This document shows positions 44,401 to 57,037 of a stretch of 64,000 bases of DNA, piece by piece (positions within the stretch are counted from its first letter, which is position 1; each line of letters starts with the position of its first letter). The notes beneath the pieces were generated by a model. That model was not told the origin of the DNA and ran no database searches. It worked only from the letters and a program-made list of their open reading frames with translations. The position numbers were made by a program, and so were the translations under genes. The DNA is taken from contig NC_088791.1 of assembly GCF_011386835.1 (NCBI RefSeq), positions 352,222,001 through 352,286,000 of the forward strand, given 5' to 3'. The stretch comes from Chrysemys picta bellii (lineage: Eukaryota).

Positions 44401-45149
44401 GGCAAGACCTTGGCTACACTGTTGGGCCAAGCGCTGCACTTTTCTATATTGCATGAAGAATAAACAAACTCCTTCCTTTACTCCCATCTCTGACTTAATC
44501 CCATATCCTGCAGGCCTTCTTTGTCCTCTGGAAGTGGCTTGGGTTCCTGCTGCTAGTGTAAGGACAATATGGGATTGTGATTTACAGATTTCAGGCCCTT
44601 AAACAGCGAGATAACTCTACTGGGGATAGATTCTTCCCTCACCTTTCCCCCTCTCCCCATGATTCAACCCTGTTACTCTAGTGGCTTATAAATAGGCTTC
44701 TCAGAATTCCGTTTTTATATTTTTTTTAACTGATGGATAATATCAACTGTTTATTTTAAAGCTTTTTTGTCGTTTTATAATTTTTTTATTTTTCACAGTT
44801 GTGGGAAATTATGGAGGGAGGTCAGATAATTTTCTTCATGGCAGTAGAAGTTGAGATTCAAAGAGTTCAAGCTTTACAGATGTTAAAACACAAACATGCG
44901 ATATAGTGTGACAAATGTCTTGTAATGTTCTTTGGTATTTTTTGGTATTTTATGCAACTTGGAAGGAAACAAAATGTACCTAAAAAGAAGATGTCAGGTG
45001 TGTAGAACAGGACACGAAAACCTGAGGAAATGACTGCAATGAAGAAAGGTACAGATGCAATGAAAAAATACTTGAAATCTGTTAACGGCAACCCTCACAG
45101 TATTAGCGAGAAGGTCACAGCTGAGACATCAGAGGAGAAATGCATAGGT

Positions 45150-46060
45150 GATTCACAATTCAACACTCAAGAATCATTTCAAGAGAAACAAAGAGACCCT
45201 TGGTGATGACATTTGTGATCCTGCTTGATGGCCCAATCTAATGCCTAAAATTTGAGATGTCCTAGTGACCAACAGGCTATTAAAAGTAAAGGACATGGAT
45301 TTTCCTCTGGATAAGCAGAATCACCATTTTTCTATGAAAAAAGAAGAACAGGAGTACTTGTGGCACCTTAGAGACTAACAAATTTATTAGAGCATATTTG
45401 TTAGTCTCTACGGTGCCACAAGTACTCCTGTTCTTCTTTTTGCGGATACAGACTAACACGGCTGTTACTCTGAAACCTGTCATTTTTCTATGATGTTTTT
45501 ATACAGAAAGATTGAAAATGGCGAAGATCTGAAGCGACACTGGCTGCTTTACTGACAAGGTTTACTGTATCTTCTGCAAACTCTTGTACTTGAATCCAAA
45601 ATCATCCTTAGTGTCAAAATGACGAAGAAACTTTACTGAAGCACTGTAAAGACCTTCAATGTGTGTCTCAAAATGTAAATCTGTCACAAGCCTAATCAGA
45701 ATTGGTGGCAGCAAAATCACGCAGAGTTGCCTTCTGAGTCTTAGAATCTTGCAGAACAACATTTTTTATTTGTTGTTGTTATTTATTAATTTAGTGTTTA
45801 ATTTAATGTTTAGTTCATTTGTCACTAAGCTATAATGTTATATTTATGACATAGTTTATTATTTGAATACAACTGAATTTCATTTAATTGAATTTTGTGT
45901 CATTTCTCCTTTTTTATTTTTTTTTAGTAAATTATAAAAAATAAACTTTTGAGATTGCAGCTTTATCTCTGAAATGTTTTGGTAATACTATTACATATTT
46001 AACTCAAAGGGCACCAAAATACAAGTTTGCTCAAGACACCATTTTCCGTAGGGCTGGCCC
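45150..46060 (+). mobile_element. Degenerate hAT (ZMYM1-like) transposon remnant with a probable right terminus
   Basis: 'RKIENGEDLKRHWLL...KVYCIFCKL' (TTF-type zinc-finger region). End 'gggcaccaaaatacaagtttgc...tagggctggccct' resembles hAT termini. Confidence 0.6.
45338..45480 (-). mobile_element. Penelope-derived hairpin insertion
   Basis: Inverted arms around 'ttattagagcat'; TSD CATTTTTCTATGA at 45325-45337 and 45481-45493. Confidence 0.88.
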
Positions 46061-46215
46061 TAGTCAACCCACCAGGAATCCTGGGCTCTGCCGTGTCAGG
46101 GTTATCGGGATGGGAGAATGGAAGGGGAGTCCTCGAGGTCAGGCAGGCCTCCACGTAAAGTGAGCTGGAGTTGGAGTGAGGATTCAGATCCTTTCGCTAG
46201 CAAACTCTCCTGGGG

Positions 46216-47003
46216 TAGGGTGACCAGACGTCCTGTTTTTTATCGGGACTGTCCTGATATTTGCTTGTTTGTCCCACGTCCCGACCAATGTTAGGTCGGG
46301 ACACTGGACAAACAAGCAAAGGCTCCGGAGCCCGGAAGAGCTCGCGTCCCCCGGCCCCAACTCCGCCCGGGCCTGTTGCGGGGACCCAGCAGCGCGCACA
46401 CTGCTCGCACCCAGCCCCTGGCCAGTCGTATCTGGGCTGGCTGCCCAGCTGCTGCAATCCCGCAGCGGCCCCGGGGCGGAGGCATCGGCAGCCCAGCCCC
46501 GTTCGTTCCCCTGCGGGACCTGAGTGGGACGGGGGGGCTGGGGCCTGCTGCCCCCACTCCGGGGCCACCTGCGGGATTGCACCAGCTGGGCAGCCAGCCC
46601 AGACGTGACTGGCCAGGGGCTGGGAGTAGTGTGCGTGCTGCTGGGTCCCCGCAACAGGACCGGGCTCGGGGGGTTCGGGCCCGGGCGCCAGAGCCGGCTG
46701 CTTCCGAGTTCCGCTGCCCAGGTGGGGAGAACAGCCACCGCCTGGCCCCATGAGCCGCCCCCCTACTCTCCCTCCAGGTACCGCCCGACTGAGTCCTGCC
46801 TGCGCTCGGGGCCAGGCCAGACTCTCACTCACCCCGGCCCTGCACTCCCCCTGCATCTCTGGGGCCTCCCTCCAGCACTTGCGAAGGGAGGAGGAAGGCG
46901 GGGTGTGTTTTTTTGCTCTGCCGCCGTTTTTTTTTTCCTCCGCCCCCTCCGCCTCGCCCCCCCCCATGTCCCGATATTTGACCTCAGTGATCTGGTCACC
47001 CTA
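46216..47003. mobile_element. Non-autonomous hAT element, GC/CpG-rich (young)
   Basis: Perfect TIRs TAGGGTGACCAGA / TCTGGTCACCCTA; perfect 8-bp TSD TCCTGGGG (46208-46215, 47004-47011). Confidence 0.95.
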
Positions 47004-48239
47004 TCCTGGGGTAATGCTGAAGCCAGGAAAGTTCCCCACAAGAGAGGGACCATTCCCCAGTTTACATTATGGAAATGGGACAAACTAATTGGGTTGGATT
47101 TTAGTGACGTGTAAAGAGATGTGTAACTTGTGAAATCGTTATATAAGTGATAAAAGCTGAAATGTGTAACTTTTGAGAGCATGCTTTCTGCATAAGAGGA
47201 ACGTAAGATCTCTGGACGAGTTGGCTTCCCAGAGACTGGTATCGCATAAAATCTTTTTCCTCTACTATTTTATTATGGGGTTAGAGCAGTAAACCTGACA
47301 TTGATCATTTGGCCTCGTGAACATATTTCATAACAAATGAAAGCTTGGTCAAGGAATTGACTACACAATTGATCAACAACCAGTATCAATCACTCCTTCG
47401 TCACAGATTCAGTATTTAGACACAAGGAAGGCACCCACAGAAATAATTCTCCTGAACAAAAATGAGGTTGAATTTTATGAGCCTTCACCATTAAAGAAAT
47501 TAATGGAAATTTTTAATTTTGTTTTTCTCATTGGGCTCCAAAGAAAGATTCTGGAAATGGTAAATGCTGTTTCACAACTGCTACAATCCAAAGAGAGACC
47601 TGTACAGAGCAGCAGTGTTACTTCCCAAAGCCACTGAACTTGTAGCTACATTAAAATTCAGTTCAATAAGCCAAATATTCAGCAAGTAAATTATCAGGAA
47701 AATGGGGCAGACAAATCAAGACTGAAGAGAATCGCTTGAGAAAGTCAAAAAGTCAGGGAAGCAGCTCATTTGGGGGCAGACCAGGGAGGGGCTAATTGTA
47801 GCTCCAGAGGAGATGAGCTGAGGGAAGGCAGAATCTCCCCCTGAACAACTGCCCAAAGTTCCCTCCATGAGGGAAGGGAGGCCTGCTGCAGAGACAGCCT
47901 GAGAGGGAAGCATTCATCTCTCATATGAATGTTGGAGTTGATTGATCCCCTTTATTTGCTATTTGGACTACCCCAGCAGAGCTGGCCTCAGGAGGTTGGG
48001 CCATACCACAGGAGGAGGCAGTTGCTGCCTGAGAGGAAAGGAGAACAACCTCACTACTTGCAGCCATCAGAAGCCGTGTTGGGGTGAGCAGACACCCTTC
48101 ATGCTGCCTTACCCAAGATGGAGACCTTGGGGCATTCACAGGGAGGTGGTAGGAAGTGGCCCAGGAAGGGCCACGTTACATAGGGGATGAAAATAATACG
48201 CCAGAGTAAGGGACTGGAAAAATACACAAAAAAGGCTTC

Positions 48240-48870
48240 AGAAACATATACAATCTGCCATACACAAGCAGTGTTTTGAAAGATGGCATTTTTTCAAACA
48301 GTCAAAGGAAATAGGCTCTGTAGTGGCACAGTTGTCAAATTCTCACAAGACGACGTTACATGAAAACAGAGACTATGCTGCAAGGGTCACTGCTGTACTT
48401 TTTACCTGACTAACCAAGGAATTGCACTGCAGGGCAAGATGTGAGAGAAGAATCATCAAACTGGGGAAACTTGTTGGAATAACGTAATTTTTTTCACAGT
48501 ATAATGAAGCACTCGCAAAAAAAAAAAAAAACTAGTGTTTTTTTAATCTCACAAGGCACTCAGCTCAAAACGAGCTTTTACAAATTGCTGCTGATATTGT
48601 GAAAAGCACAATCATTCAGAAAGTTCAGGAGAATGGGTTTTGTACTGTTCTTGTTGATGAAGCAGGCACTTTTAAACAGGAAGAACTGACAGTCTGTGTG
48701 GGAAACACAGGAAATCTGGAAAGAAAGGAATGATTTCTAGGATTCATTGATTACTCTGAGCAAGGGGAAGCTGGTACCATCTATCATGACATTAAGCAGT
48801 TCTAACAAAACATCGGGGATTGCAAACTGGCCGCTAGTACCACAGTGTTCTGATGGGGCTGCTGTCATGG
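48240..48870 (+). mobile_element. hAT (ZMYM1/DUF4371-like) transposase remnant
   Basis: ENRDYAARV...NQGIALQG...SSNWGNLLE...AQNELLQIAADIVKSTIIQKVQENGFCTVLVDEA...EELTVCV (frameshifted). Confidence 0.75.
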
Positions 48871-49546
48871 CAGGCCAATCATTCCAACAGACATTGCTCG
48901 TGCTTTTCCTGGAGAGTTGCTTTCATTCGGATGTTTTCAGAGCAGTGGTTCTCAAGCCATGGGAGGTGTGGGAATGTGTCAAGGGAGGAGCAAGCTGTGT
49001 GGGGGTTTTTGAAGAGTCCCAGCTGTCATCTGCGGGTGGGTGGAGCTTGTGAAGAAGGGCTGTTCACAACCAGGGGAGGAGATAAAGGGGACAGCCGGAG
49101 CCCAAGCCAGCACAGGGTGACAATGGGAGCCTGGGCTGACACACAGGGCAGTACAGGCTCTACACTAGTCCTGTGAAGGGGTCTCTTAGCAACTGTGACA
49201 GGTCGGACGTCCTTTGTGTGGTTTTCTCCCCAAGTACTTAATAGAAACTTTAAAAAATTAGCAGCAGTGTGCTTACAGTGAGAAACAGCTTACATAAGAA
49301 ATGGATCATTTTGTGATAAAGGGAGAAAAGTGAACAACACAACATCCAGTGAGGGCACCAGTGTAGGTTCCAGCCAAACACAAAAGCAGAAAATATGACT
49401 AAGTTTATTTCAAATTGGGCTTTCCTTGGAGCGGGTCCAGCGATGCATCGAGGTCTCAATGTGTTGTGTGCAGTGAAGTACTCGTAAATGACAGTATGAG
49501 GCCCTGCAAGCTAAATCAGCAGCTTGAAATAAGACACTGTACCTCA

Positions 49547-49837
49547 GGGTACATCTACACTACCCACCAGATCGGCGGGTAGTGATCGATCTATCGGGGA
49601 TTGATTGATCGCATCTAGTGTAGACACGGTAAATTGATCCCCGATCACTCTGCCATTGACTCCAGAAGTCCACCATGGCGAGAGGCGGAAGCAGAGTCAA
49701 TGGGGGGAGTGGCGGCTGTCGATCCCGTGCTGTGAGGATGCGAAGTAAGTGATTCTAAGTAGATCTAAGATATGTCAACTTCAGCTACGCTATTCTCATC
49801 TTAGATTCCCCCCCGGTCCCCCAGTGTAGACCAGGCC
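49547..49837. mobile_element. Harbinger MITE
   Basis: Ends gggtacatctacacta / cagtgtagaccaggcc; flanks TCA / TTA. Same family style as 29981-30268. Confidence 0.85.
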
Positions 49838-50204
49838 TTAGTATCTAAACCCGTTGAGTTTTTTCAGAGGAAGTTCAATGAGTTAACAGGACAAAAATAG
49901 TTTTTGATGTGTATAGCACTGTTAACATGAAGGCTACTTAGGCTTCTTATTGTGTGGCTTTGTGCATTGCAAAAAATGGTAAGCCGCACAACATATGTGA
50001 GAAGCTTGTGTTTCCAACTGCAAAGGATACATGTGCTGGTGATGACAGGAGAGAAAGCGGCATCACAGCTAGATGTAACGCCCGTTTCTAATGACGTTGT
50101 TAAATGTCATATTGTGGAGATGGCCACTGATGTAAAAGAGCAGTTCTTAGAAAGTGTTAATCAGAGCCTGTATTATTCAATTCAGGTACATGAGTCTACC
50201 AATA

Positions 50205-50561
50205 CAGTAGAACTTCAGAGTTACGAACACCACAGATCTCATTTGGAACCTCATACAGTAGAACTTCAGAGTTACAAACAACCACAGATCTCATTTGGAA
50301 CCAGAAGTGCAGAGCCAGGATGCAGCAGAGACAAAAAAAAAAAAAAAAAAAAAAAGGAAAAAAGGCAAATAAAGTACAGTCCTGTGTTAAACGTCTAAAA
50401 AATACAGGGAAAGCAACATTTTTCTTCTGCATAGTAAAGTTACAAACATGTTCAGTTATAAACTTTTGAAAGAATAACCACAAAATTTTGTTCGGAGGTA
50501 GGAACATTTCAGAGTTTCGAAAGTCCATTCCCAAGGTGTTCATAACTCTGAGTTTCTCCTG
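50205..50561. mobile_element. Tc1/mariner (Tigger-like) MITE with a tandemly duplicated left end
   Basis: TA flanks; TIR cagtagaacttcagagttacgaacacc / ggtgttcataactctgagtttctcctg; 51-bp direct duplication at 50205 and 50256. Confidence 0.8.
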
Positions 50562-50664
50562 TATATCAAATGCTGTGAAGCTGCTGGCATATAGTCATTT
50601 AACTTCAGCGATAGAATTAAAAGAGGAATTTCTCTTTTTAACAAGCCTGCTAAACAACTATTGA

Positions 50665-50905
50665 GACCAATGGATGATTGAGATGCTAAAGGAACACTCA
50701 ATGATGATAAGGTCATTGCAGAGAATATAACTGAATTCTTTGCATCGGTCTTCATGGCTGAGGATGTGCAGGAGATTCCCAAACCTGAGTCATTCTTTTT
50801 AGGTGACATATCTGAGGAACTGCCCCAGATTGAGGTGTCGTTAGAAGAGGTGTTGGAACAAATGGATAAATTAAACAGTGATAAGTCACCAGGACCAGAT
50901 GCTAT
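50665..50905 (+). mobile_element. CR1 ORF2 linker fragment
   Basis: 'gataaggtcattgcagag...gaattctttgcatcggtcttca' and 'aagtcaccaggaccagatg' (KSPGPD). Confidence 0.75.
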
Positions 50906-51499
50906 ACTGATGTAGCAGGAAGAGAGCTTGAGACATAAGCCCTTGTATCAGAGGCTTGGTATGAGGCAGGACCTCCTCACAGCATTTGGCAAGCACAGGG
51001 CTCATATTGCAGAAATACACATTCCTAAGAAGTGCTAAGTACAGAGTACTCAGACAAACACATCCCAATGTTAAGTGTTAACAGACATCCCAATATCAAG
51101 GATTTCACAAAAATATTCCCCAAAGATAACATAAACACACTGACCCCTCCTGAAAGATAAGGTCAGGATGACAGTACGTAACTTGTTTATATCAGAGTAT
51201 AAAGATGTATCTCACAGGGAATATCTTTGGTTAGCCTAGGGGGCAGTGGAAAGTCCCACCTTGACTGAGCTGAATCCATTGTCACAAGCATACATGTCTT
51301 AGGCCTGGTCTACACTACGAGTTTAGGTCGAATTTAGCAGCGTTAAATCGAATTAAGCCTGGACACGTCCACACGACGAAGCCCTTTTTTTCGACTTAAA
51401 GGGCCCTTTAAACCAGTTTCTTTACTCCACCTCCGACAAGGGGATTAGCGCTAAAATCAGCCTTTGCGGGTCGGATTTGGGGTAGTGTGGACGGAATTC

Positions 51500-51990
51500 G
51501 ATGTTTCTCCTTCACAGAGGCTAGTGAAGATTAGAAGGAGAAAATGGTGGACTCTGAATGATATGTTCTCGGAGCTCCAGATGTCCTCCCACACTGACAG
51601 AGCACAGCAGAATGCGTGCAGGCAGTCAATGTCAGAGTGCAAAAAAGCACAATATGAACGAGAGGAGAGGTGGCGGGATGAATCGTGGGCTGAAGAGAGC
51701 AAGTGGCGGGCTGAAGAGGATAGGTGGCATCAGCTTGCTGACAGAAGGCAAGAGTCGATGCTCCAGCTGCTGGAGCATCAAACTGATATGCTCCAGCCTA
51801 TGGTTGAGCTGCAGGAAGGGCAGCAGGAGCAGAGATCACCACTACAGCCCCTGTGTAACCAACAGCCCTCCTCCCCAAGTTCCATAGCCTCCTCACCCAG
51901 ACGCCCAAGATCGTGGGGGGGGGGGCCCTACGGCCACCCAGTCATTCCACCCCAGATGATTGCCCGAGCATCAGAAGGCTGGCCTTCAAT
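51500..51990 (+). pseudogene. C-terminal remnant of the Harbinger Myb/SANT-type accessory ORF
   Basis: SPSQRLVKIRRRK...DMFSELQMSSHTDRAQQNA...EREERWR (coiled-coil), in the expected position opposite the transposase. Confidence 0.6.
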
Positions 51991-52252
51991 AAGTGTTAAA
52001 GTTTTAAAGTTTTAAACGGCAGTGTGTCCTTTTCCTTCCCTCCTCCCCCACCCCTACCGGGCTACCTTGGCAGTTATCCCCCTAGTTATGTGATGAATTA
52101 ATAAAGAATGCATGAATGTGAAGTAACAATGATTTTATTGCCTCTGCAAACAGTGCTCGAAGCGGGGAGGGGAGGGTGGTTAGTTTACAGGGAAGTAGAG
52201 TGAACCGGGGGGAGGGGGGGGGGAGTTCATCAAGGAGAAACAAAGAGAAGTT

Positions 52253-52830
52253 TCACACCGTAGCCTGGCCAGTCACAAAACTCGTTTTCAAAGCTTCTCT
52301 GATGCGCACCGCGCCCTGCTGTACTCTTCTAACTGCCCTGGTGTCTGGCTGCATGTAATCAGCGGCCAGGAGATTTGCCTCAACCTCCCACCCCGCCATA
52401 AATGTCTTCCCCTTACTCTCACAGATATTGTGGAGCGCACAGCAAGCAGCAATAACAATTGGAATATTGGCTTCGCTGAGGTCTATCCGAGTCAGTAAAC
52501 TGCACCAGTGCACTTTTAAACGTCCAAATGCACATTCCACCACCATTCGGCACTTGCTCAGCCTATAGTTGAACAGGTCCTGACTCCTGTCCAGGCTGCC
52601 TGTGTACGGCTTCATGAGCCATGGCATTAAGGGGTAGGCTGGGTCCCCAAGGATCATGATAGGCATTTCAACATCCCCAACGGTTATTTTCTGGTCTGAG
52701 AAGAAAGTCCCTTCCTCCAGCTTTTGAAACAGACCAGAGTTCCTGAAGACACGAGCATCATGTACCTTTCCCGGCCATCCCACGTTGATGTTAGTGAAAT
52801 GTCCCTTGTGATCCACCAGGGCTTGCAGCA
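52253..52830 (-). pseudogene. Harbinger (HARBI1-like, DDE_Tnp_4) transposase C-terminal exon; N-terminus deleted
   Basis: LQALVDHKGHFTNINVGWPGKVHDARVFRNS...ILGDPAYPLMPWLMKPY...FNYRLSKCRMVVECAFGRLK...ACCALHNICE. Confidence 0.93.
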
Positions 52831-53929
52831 GCAGGGAGGGAGGGAGGGGCGAGTGATGACATGGCTTACAGGTACAGGGAATTAAAATCAACAAAGGTGG
52901 CTGTGCATCAGGGAGAAACACAAACAACTGTCACACACAATGGCCCCCCCCAAAGATTGAACTCAAAACCCTGGGTTTAGCAGGCCATTGATTTCATGGA
53001 GGGATGGGGAAGCAAATGAATACAGAACAAATCTGGTCCATCTATTTTTTACATCTGAAGCTGGCAGCAGACGGTGCAGCATGACTGATAGCCATCGGCA
53101 TCTTCTGGATGCTTGGCAAAAGACGCTGTACTATGACTGCTAGCCATCATCGTCAAGACAGTTCAACAGGACTGCTGGCAGGACTGAGTCTCCAGGAGAC
53201 AAAACATGTCTGCCCAGGTGCCTCTGACTGAACTCAGTGAGGAATACAACAATGATGGATACCAGTCGTAACACACCATCTACTGCCAAAAGGCAAGGAG
53301 CTGCTGCTGTGTAGCAATGCAATACCACGTCTGCCAGCACCCAGATGACATATTGACGGTGAGCTGAGCTGAGCTGAGCTGAGCGGGCTCCATGCTTGCC
53401 GTACTATGTTGTCTGCACAGGTAACCCAGGTAAAAAGGCGCAAATTGATTGTCTGCCGTTGTTCTGATGGAGGGGGAGGGGCCTGACGACATGTACCCAG
53501 AACCCCTGCGACACTGTTTTTGCATCATCAGGCATTGGGATCTCAACCCAGAATTCCAATGGGCGGCGGAGACTGCGGGAACTGTGGGATAGCTACCCAC
53601 AGTGCAACGCTCCAGAAGTCGACACTAGCCTCGGTACTGTGGACGCGGTCCACCGACTTAATGCACTTAGAGCATTTTATGTGGGGGGACACACAATCGA
53701 CTGTATAAAACCGATTTCTATAAAACCGGCTTCTTTAAATTTGACCTAATTTCGTAGTGTAGACATACCCTGAGTATCCTCGTAGAGTGTGCCAGGTGCT
53801 ATTACTGTGCTTCGTTGACAATAAACCTGGCCGGGTGCCTTCGTACCTTAATGGATCTTGTGGTCATTTGGTGGCTTGCTCGAGGTCTGCTGTGCCATCT
53901 GTCTGTGCAGAGCTGGTACAGCACGCAGG

Positions 53930-54310
53930 GAGAACACAAACACCTGCCCCCACAACCCCCAGAACTGCCTGATTCTCTGTATACACTCCCTTGCCTGCTC
54001 CCTGAACCCCCAGCACTGCCCGCTTGTCCATGTACACACCCTGCCTCCTCCAACAATCCCCAGCACTGTCTGCTTCTGTTTATACTCTCCCCTGCCTTCC
54101 CCCAAAACCTCCAGCACTGTTCACATGCCCATGTGTGTCCCCTGCTCGCACAAACCCCACCCCTGCCACGCAGTAACCCTCACCCAGGACCAAAATCACA
54201 GAGAAGCAGGCAGTGCTGGAGGTTGGGGGGGCAGGCAGGGGGTGTACAAAGAAAGGCAGGCAGCACTGGGGGTTCTGGAGGGAGGGAAATGGCTGTAAAT
54301 TGAAAGGTGG
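53930..54310. repeat. ~50-bp minisatellite that switches from C-rich to G-rich at ~54200
   Basis: C-rich units at 53930-54150, then 'gcaggcagtgctggaggttgggggg' from ~54207. Downstream flank matches 24360-24680 and 35380-35700. Confidence 0.78.
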
Positions 54311-54889
54311 GCAGAGCTGCTGAAATTCAACTTTTCTTTGTGATTGTTGGCATTTCACCAGTGAAAAGAACCACTGATCTTGGCTATTCAGTTGGATATC
54401 TCTCCCATCATTCTCTGACCCCTGTGCGTACTCTCCTTTCCCGTCCCAGGCTGTTCTGATTTTTACAGCACACTGGTCTCCAGTGTCTGCCCCATGCTCC
54501 CCAATCATCCCTGATTCCCACAAACTCCAAGCCCCCTCAAGCTTCCCCCAGCTCTTCTTCTGCAGGGGGTGAGGTGCTTCCCATCACACTTGCTCCCTTG
54601 GCTGGGGGGTAATCCCTGACTCTGTATCACCAGCATAGGTGAGAGTGGGCCGTTACGGGCCAGTACAGTGTACTGGTAAGAAGTGGCCACCGATACTGAC
54701 CCGTACACAGCCAATGTTAAAGGGCTGCTGTGGCCGCACCCCTTTGGCCCAAAGCCCCGCCCTTTCTGGGTGCCCAGAGCTGCTTCCCTGCACTGGAAAG
54801 TCTTTTATGTTACTTTCACCCCAGCTAACCAGTGAGAAATCTCACACACGAGTGGCAAATGCCAAGGAAGGCACCTGTGCGGCTTCTCT

Positions 54890-56840
54890 TGTTACCAATC
54901 AATGAGAGCACCTTCCCTCTTATCCCATGGCAACTTACTTTGCTTAAGGGCCTTTGATGAGAGACGTGAAAGGGCCTTTGATGAGAGGCATTCTGAAGAT
55001 CTAAGTACACTATATCCACTGGGACCCCCTTGTCCACATGCTTATTGACCCCCTCGAAGAATTCTAGTAGATTTTATCAAAAGGGTAGCCGTGTTAGTCT
55101 GGATCTGTAAAAGCAGCAAAGAGTCCTGTGGCACCTTATAGACTAACAGACATATAGGATGTACATGCATCCGAAGAAGTGGGTATTCACCCACAAAAGC
55201 TCATGCTCCAATACGTCTGTTAGTCTATAAGGTGCCACAGGACTCTTTGCTGCTTCTAGGAGATTTGTGAAACATGATTTCCCTTTACAAAAAACATGTT
55301 GACTCTTCCCCAACAAATTATGTGCATCTACGTGTCTGACAATTTTGTTCTTATAGTTTCAACCAGTTTGCCCAGTACTGAAGTCAGTCTTCCCTGCCTG
55401 TAATTGCCGGGGTCACCTCTGGAGCCCTTTTTAAAAATTAGCGTCACATTAGCTATCCTCCTGTCACTTGGTACAGAAGCTGACTTAAATGATAGGTTAC
55501 AGACTACAGTTAGTAGTTCTGCAATTTCACATTTGAGTTCCTTTAGAACTCTTTAGTGAATATCGTCTGGTCCTGGTGACTTATCACTGTTTAGTTTATC
55601 AATTTGTCCCAAAACCTCCTCTAATGACACCTCAATCTGGAACAGTTCCCCAGATTTGTGACCTTAAAAGAATGGCTCAGGTTTGGGAATCTCCCTCACA
55701 TCCTCAATCATGAAGATCGATACAAATAATTCATTGAGTTTCTCCACAATGGCCTTATCATCCTCGAGTGCTCCTTTAGCATCTTCTGATGTACTTAACA
55801 TTTTTTTTTGCTATTTCTTTTTGAGTATTTGGTTAACTGTTCTTCAAATTCTTTGTTGGCCTTCCTAAATATATTTTTACACTTCATTTGCCAGAGTTTA
55901 TGCTCCTTTCTATTTTCCGCACTAGGAATTAACTACCTCTTTTTAAAGGATGACTTTTTGCTTCTCACTGCTTCTCTTACTTTGTTGTTTACCCACGGTG
56001 GCTCTTTTTTAGTTCTATTACTATGTTTTTTAATGTGAGGTATACATTTAAGTTGAACCTTTGTTATGGTGTCTTAAAAAAGTTTCCATGCAGCTTGCAG
56101 GGATTTTACTTTTGGTACTGTACTTTTTAATTTCTGTTTCACTAACCTCCTCATTTTTGTGCAGTTCCCCTGTCTGAAGTTAAATGCTACAGTGTTGGCC
56201 CACTGTGGTGTTTTCCTCACCACAGGGATGTTACATTTAATTATATTACGGTCATTATTACCAAGAGGTCGAGCTATATTCACCCCTTGGACCTGATCCT
56301 GTGCTCCACTTAGGACCAAATCAAGAATTCCCTCTCCTCTTGTGTGTTCCAGGGCTAGCTGCTCCAAAAAGCAGTAATTTAAGATGTCAAGAAACTTTAC
56401 ATCTGCATCCTGTCCTGAGGTCATATGTACCCACTCAATATGGGGATAGTTGAAATCCCCCATTATTATTGATTTTTTTTTATTTTAATGGCCACTCTAA
56501 TCTCCCTGAGCATGTCAGTCACTATCACCATCCTGGTCAGGTGATCAGTAATATATCCCTACCAAATATATACTTATTATTTGAGCATGGAATTGCTATC
56601 CATAGAGATTCTATAGTACAGTTCGGTTCATTTAAGATTTTTACTTCATTTGATTCTATGCTTTCTTTCACATATATTGGCACTCCCCCACGAGGACGAC
56701 CTGTTCTGTCCTTCCAAAAGATTTTGTATCCTGGTATTACTGTGTCCCATTGATTATCCTTATTGCACCAAGCTTCTGTGATGCCTGAAATATGAATATC
56801 CTCATTTAATACAAGGCACTATAGTTCACCCATCTTAAAC
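54890..56840 (-). mobile_element. Old CR1 LINE, fragmented (EN and RT pieces)
   Basis: MGDFNYPHIEW...GEGILDLVLSG (endonuclease); MDKGVPVDIVYLDLQNA (RT). Confidence 0.85.
55075..55253 (+). mobile_element. Penelope-derived hairpin insertion, second subfamily
   Basis: Inverted arms 'agcagcaaagagtcctgtggcaccttatagactaacagac' and its reverse complement; TSD TTCTAG(T/G)AGATTT. Confidence 0.85.
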
Positions 56841-56875
56841 GTCTATCATTAATATATAAGCTCTTAAAAAACTTG

Positions 56876-57037
56876 ACAGGTTTCACAGTAGCAGCCGTGT
56901 TAGTCTGTATCCGCAAAGAGAAGAACAGGAGTACTTGTGGCACCTTAGAGACTAACAAATTTATTAGAGCATAAGCTTTCGTGGACTACAGCCCACTTTT
57001 TCGGATGCGGTGCCACAAGTACTCCTGTTCTTCTTTT
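56876..57037 (+). mobile_element. Penelope-derived hairpin insertion
   Basis: Starts (g)acaggtttcacagtagcagccgtg; TSD TTAAAAAACTTG at 56864-56875 and 57038-57049. Confidence 0.88.

Larger units (their letters stand above)
49310..50660 (+). mobile_element. hAT Charlie/Buster (SCAND3/ZBED8-like) transposase remnant carrying two nested MITEs
   Basis: QCVVCSEVLVNDSMRPCKL...SKPVEFFQRK...KPHNICEKLVFP...VSNDVVKCHIVEMATDVKEQ...YYSIQVHEST|ISNAVKLLAY. Confidence 0.82.
51302..53770. mobile_element. PIF/Harbinger DNA transposon, internally deleted
   Basis: TIRs ggcctggtctacactacga / tcgtagtgtagacataccc; flanks TTA / TGA. Convergent remnants of the Myb/SANT-partner ORF (+) and the transposase (-). Confidence 0.93.
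50911..53923 (-). mobile_element. Solo LTR (~540 bp without the insert), split by the Harbinger element
   Basis: The Harbinger flanks rejoin as 'catacatgtctta/gtatcctcgtag'. 53790-53920 matches, inverted, another copy at ~19575-19680. TG...CA-like ends. Confidence 0.5.

Noticed and set aside
46197-47114. 256-aa and other long ORFs
   Set aside because: They lie within a GC-rich non-autonomous hAT element with an internal inverted repeat and show no transposase motifs.
50334-50359. Poly(A) run suggesting a retrocopy tail
   Set aside because: It lies internal to the Tigger-like MITE, with no TSD or upstream mRNA-like body.
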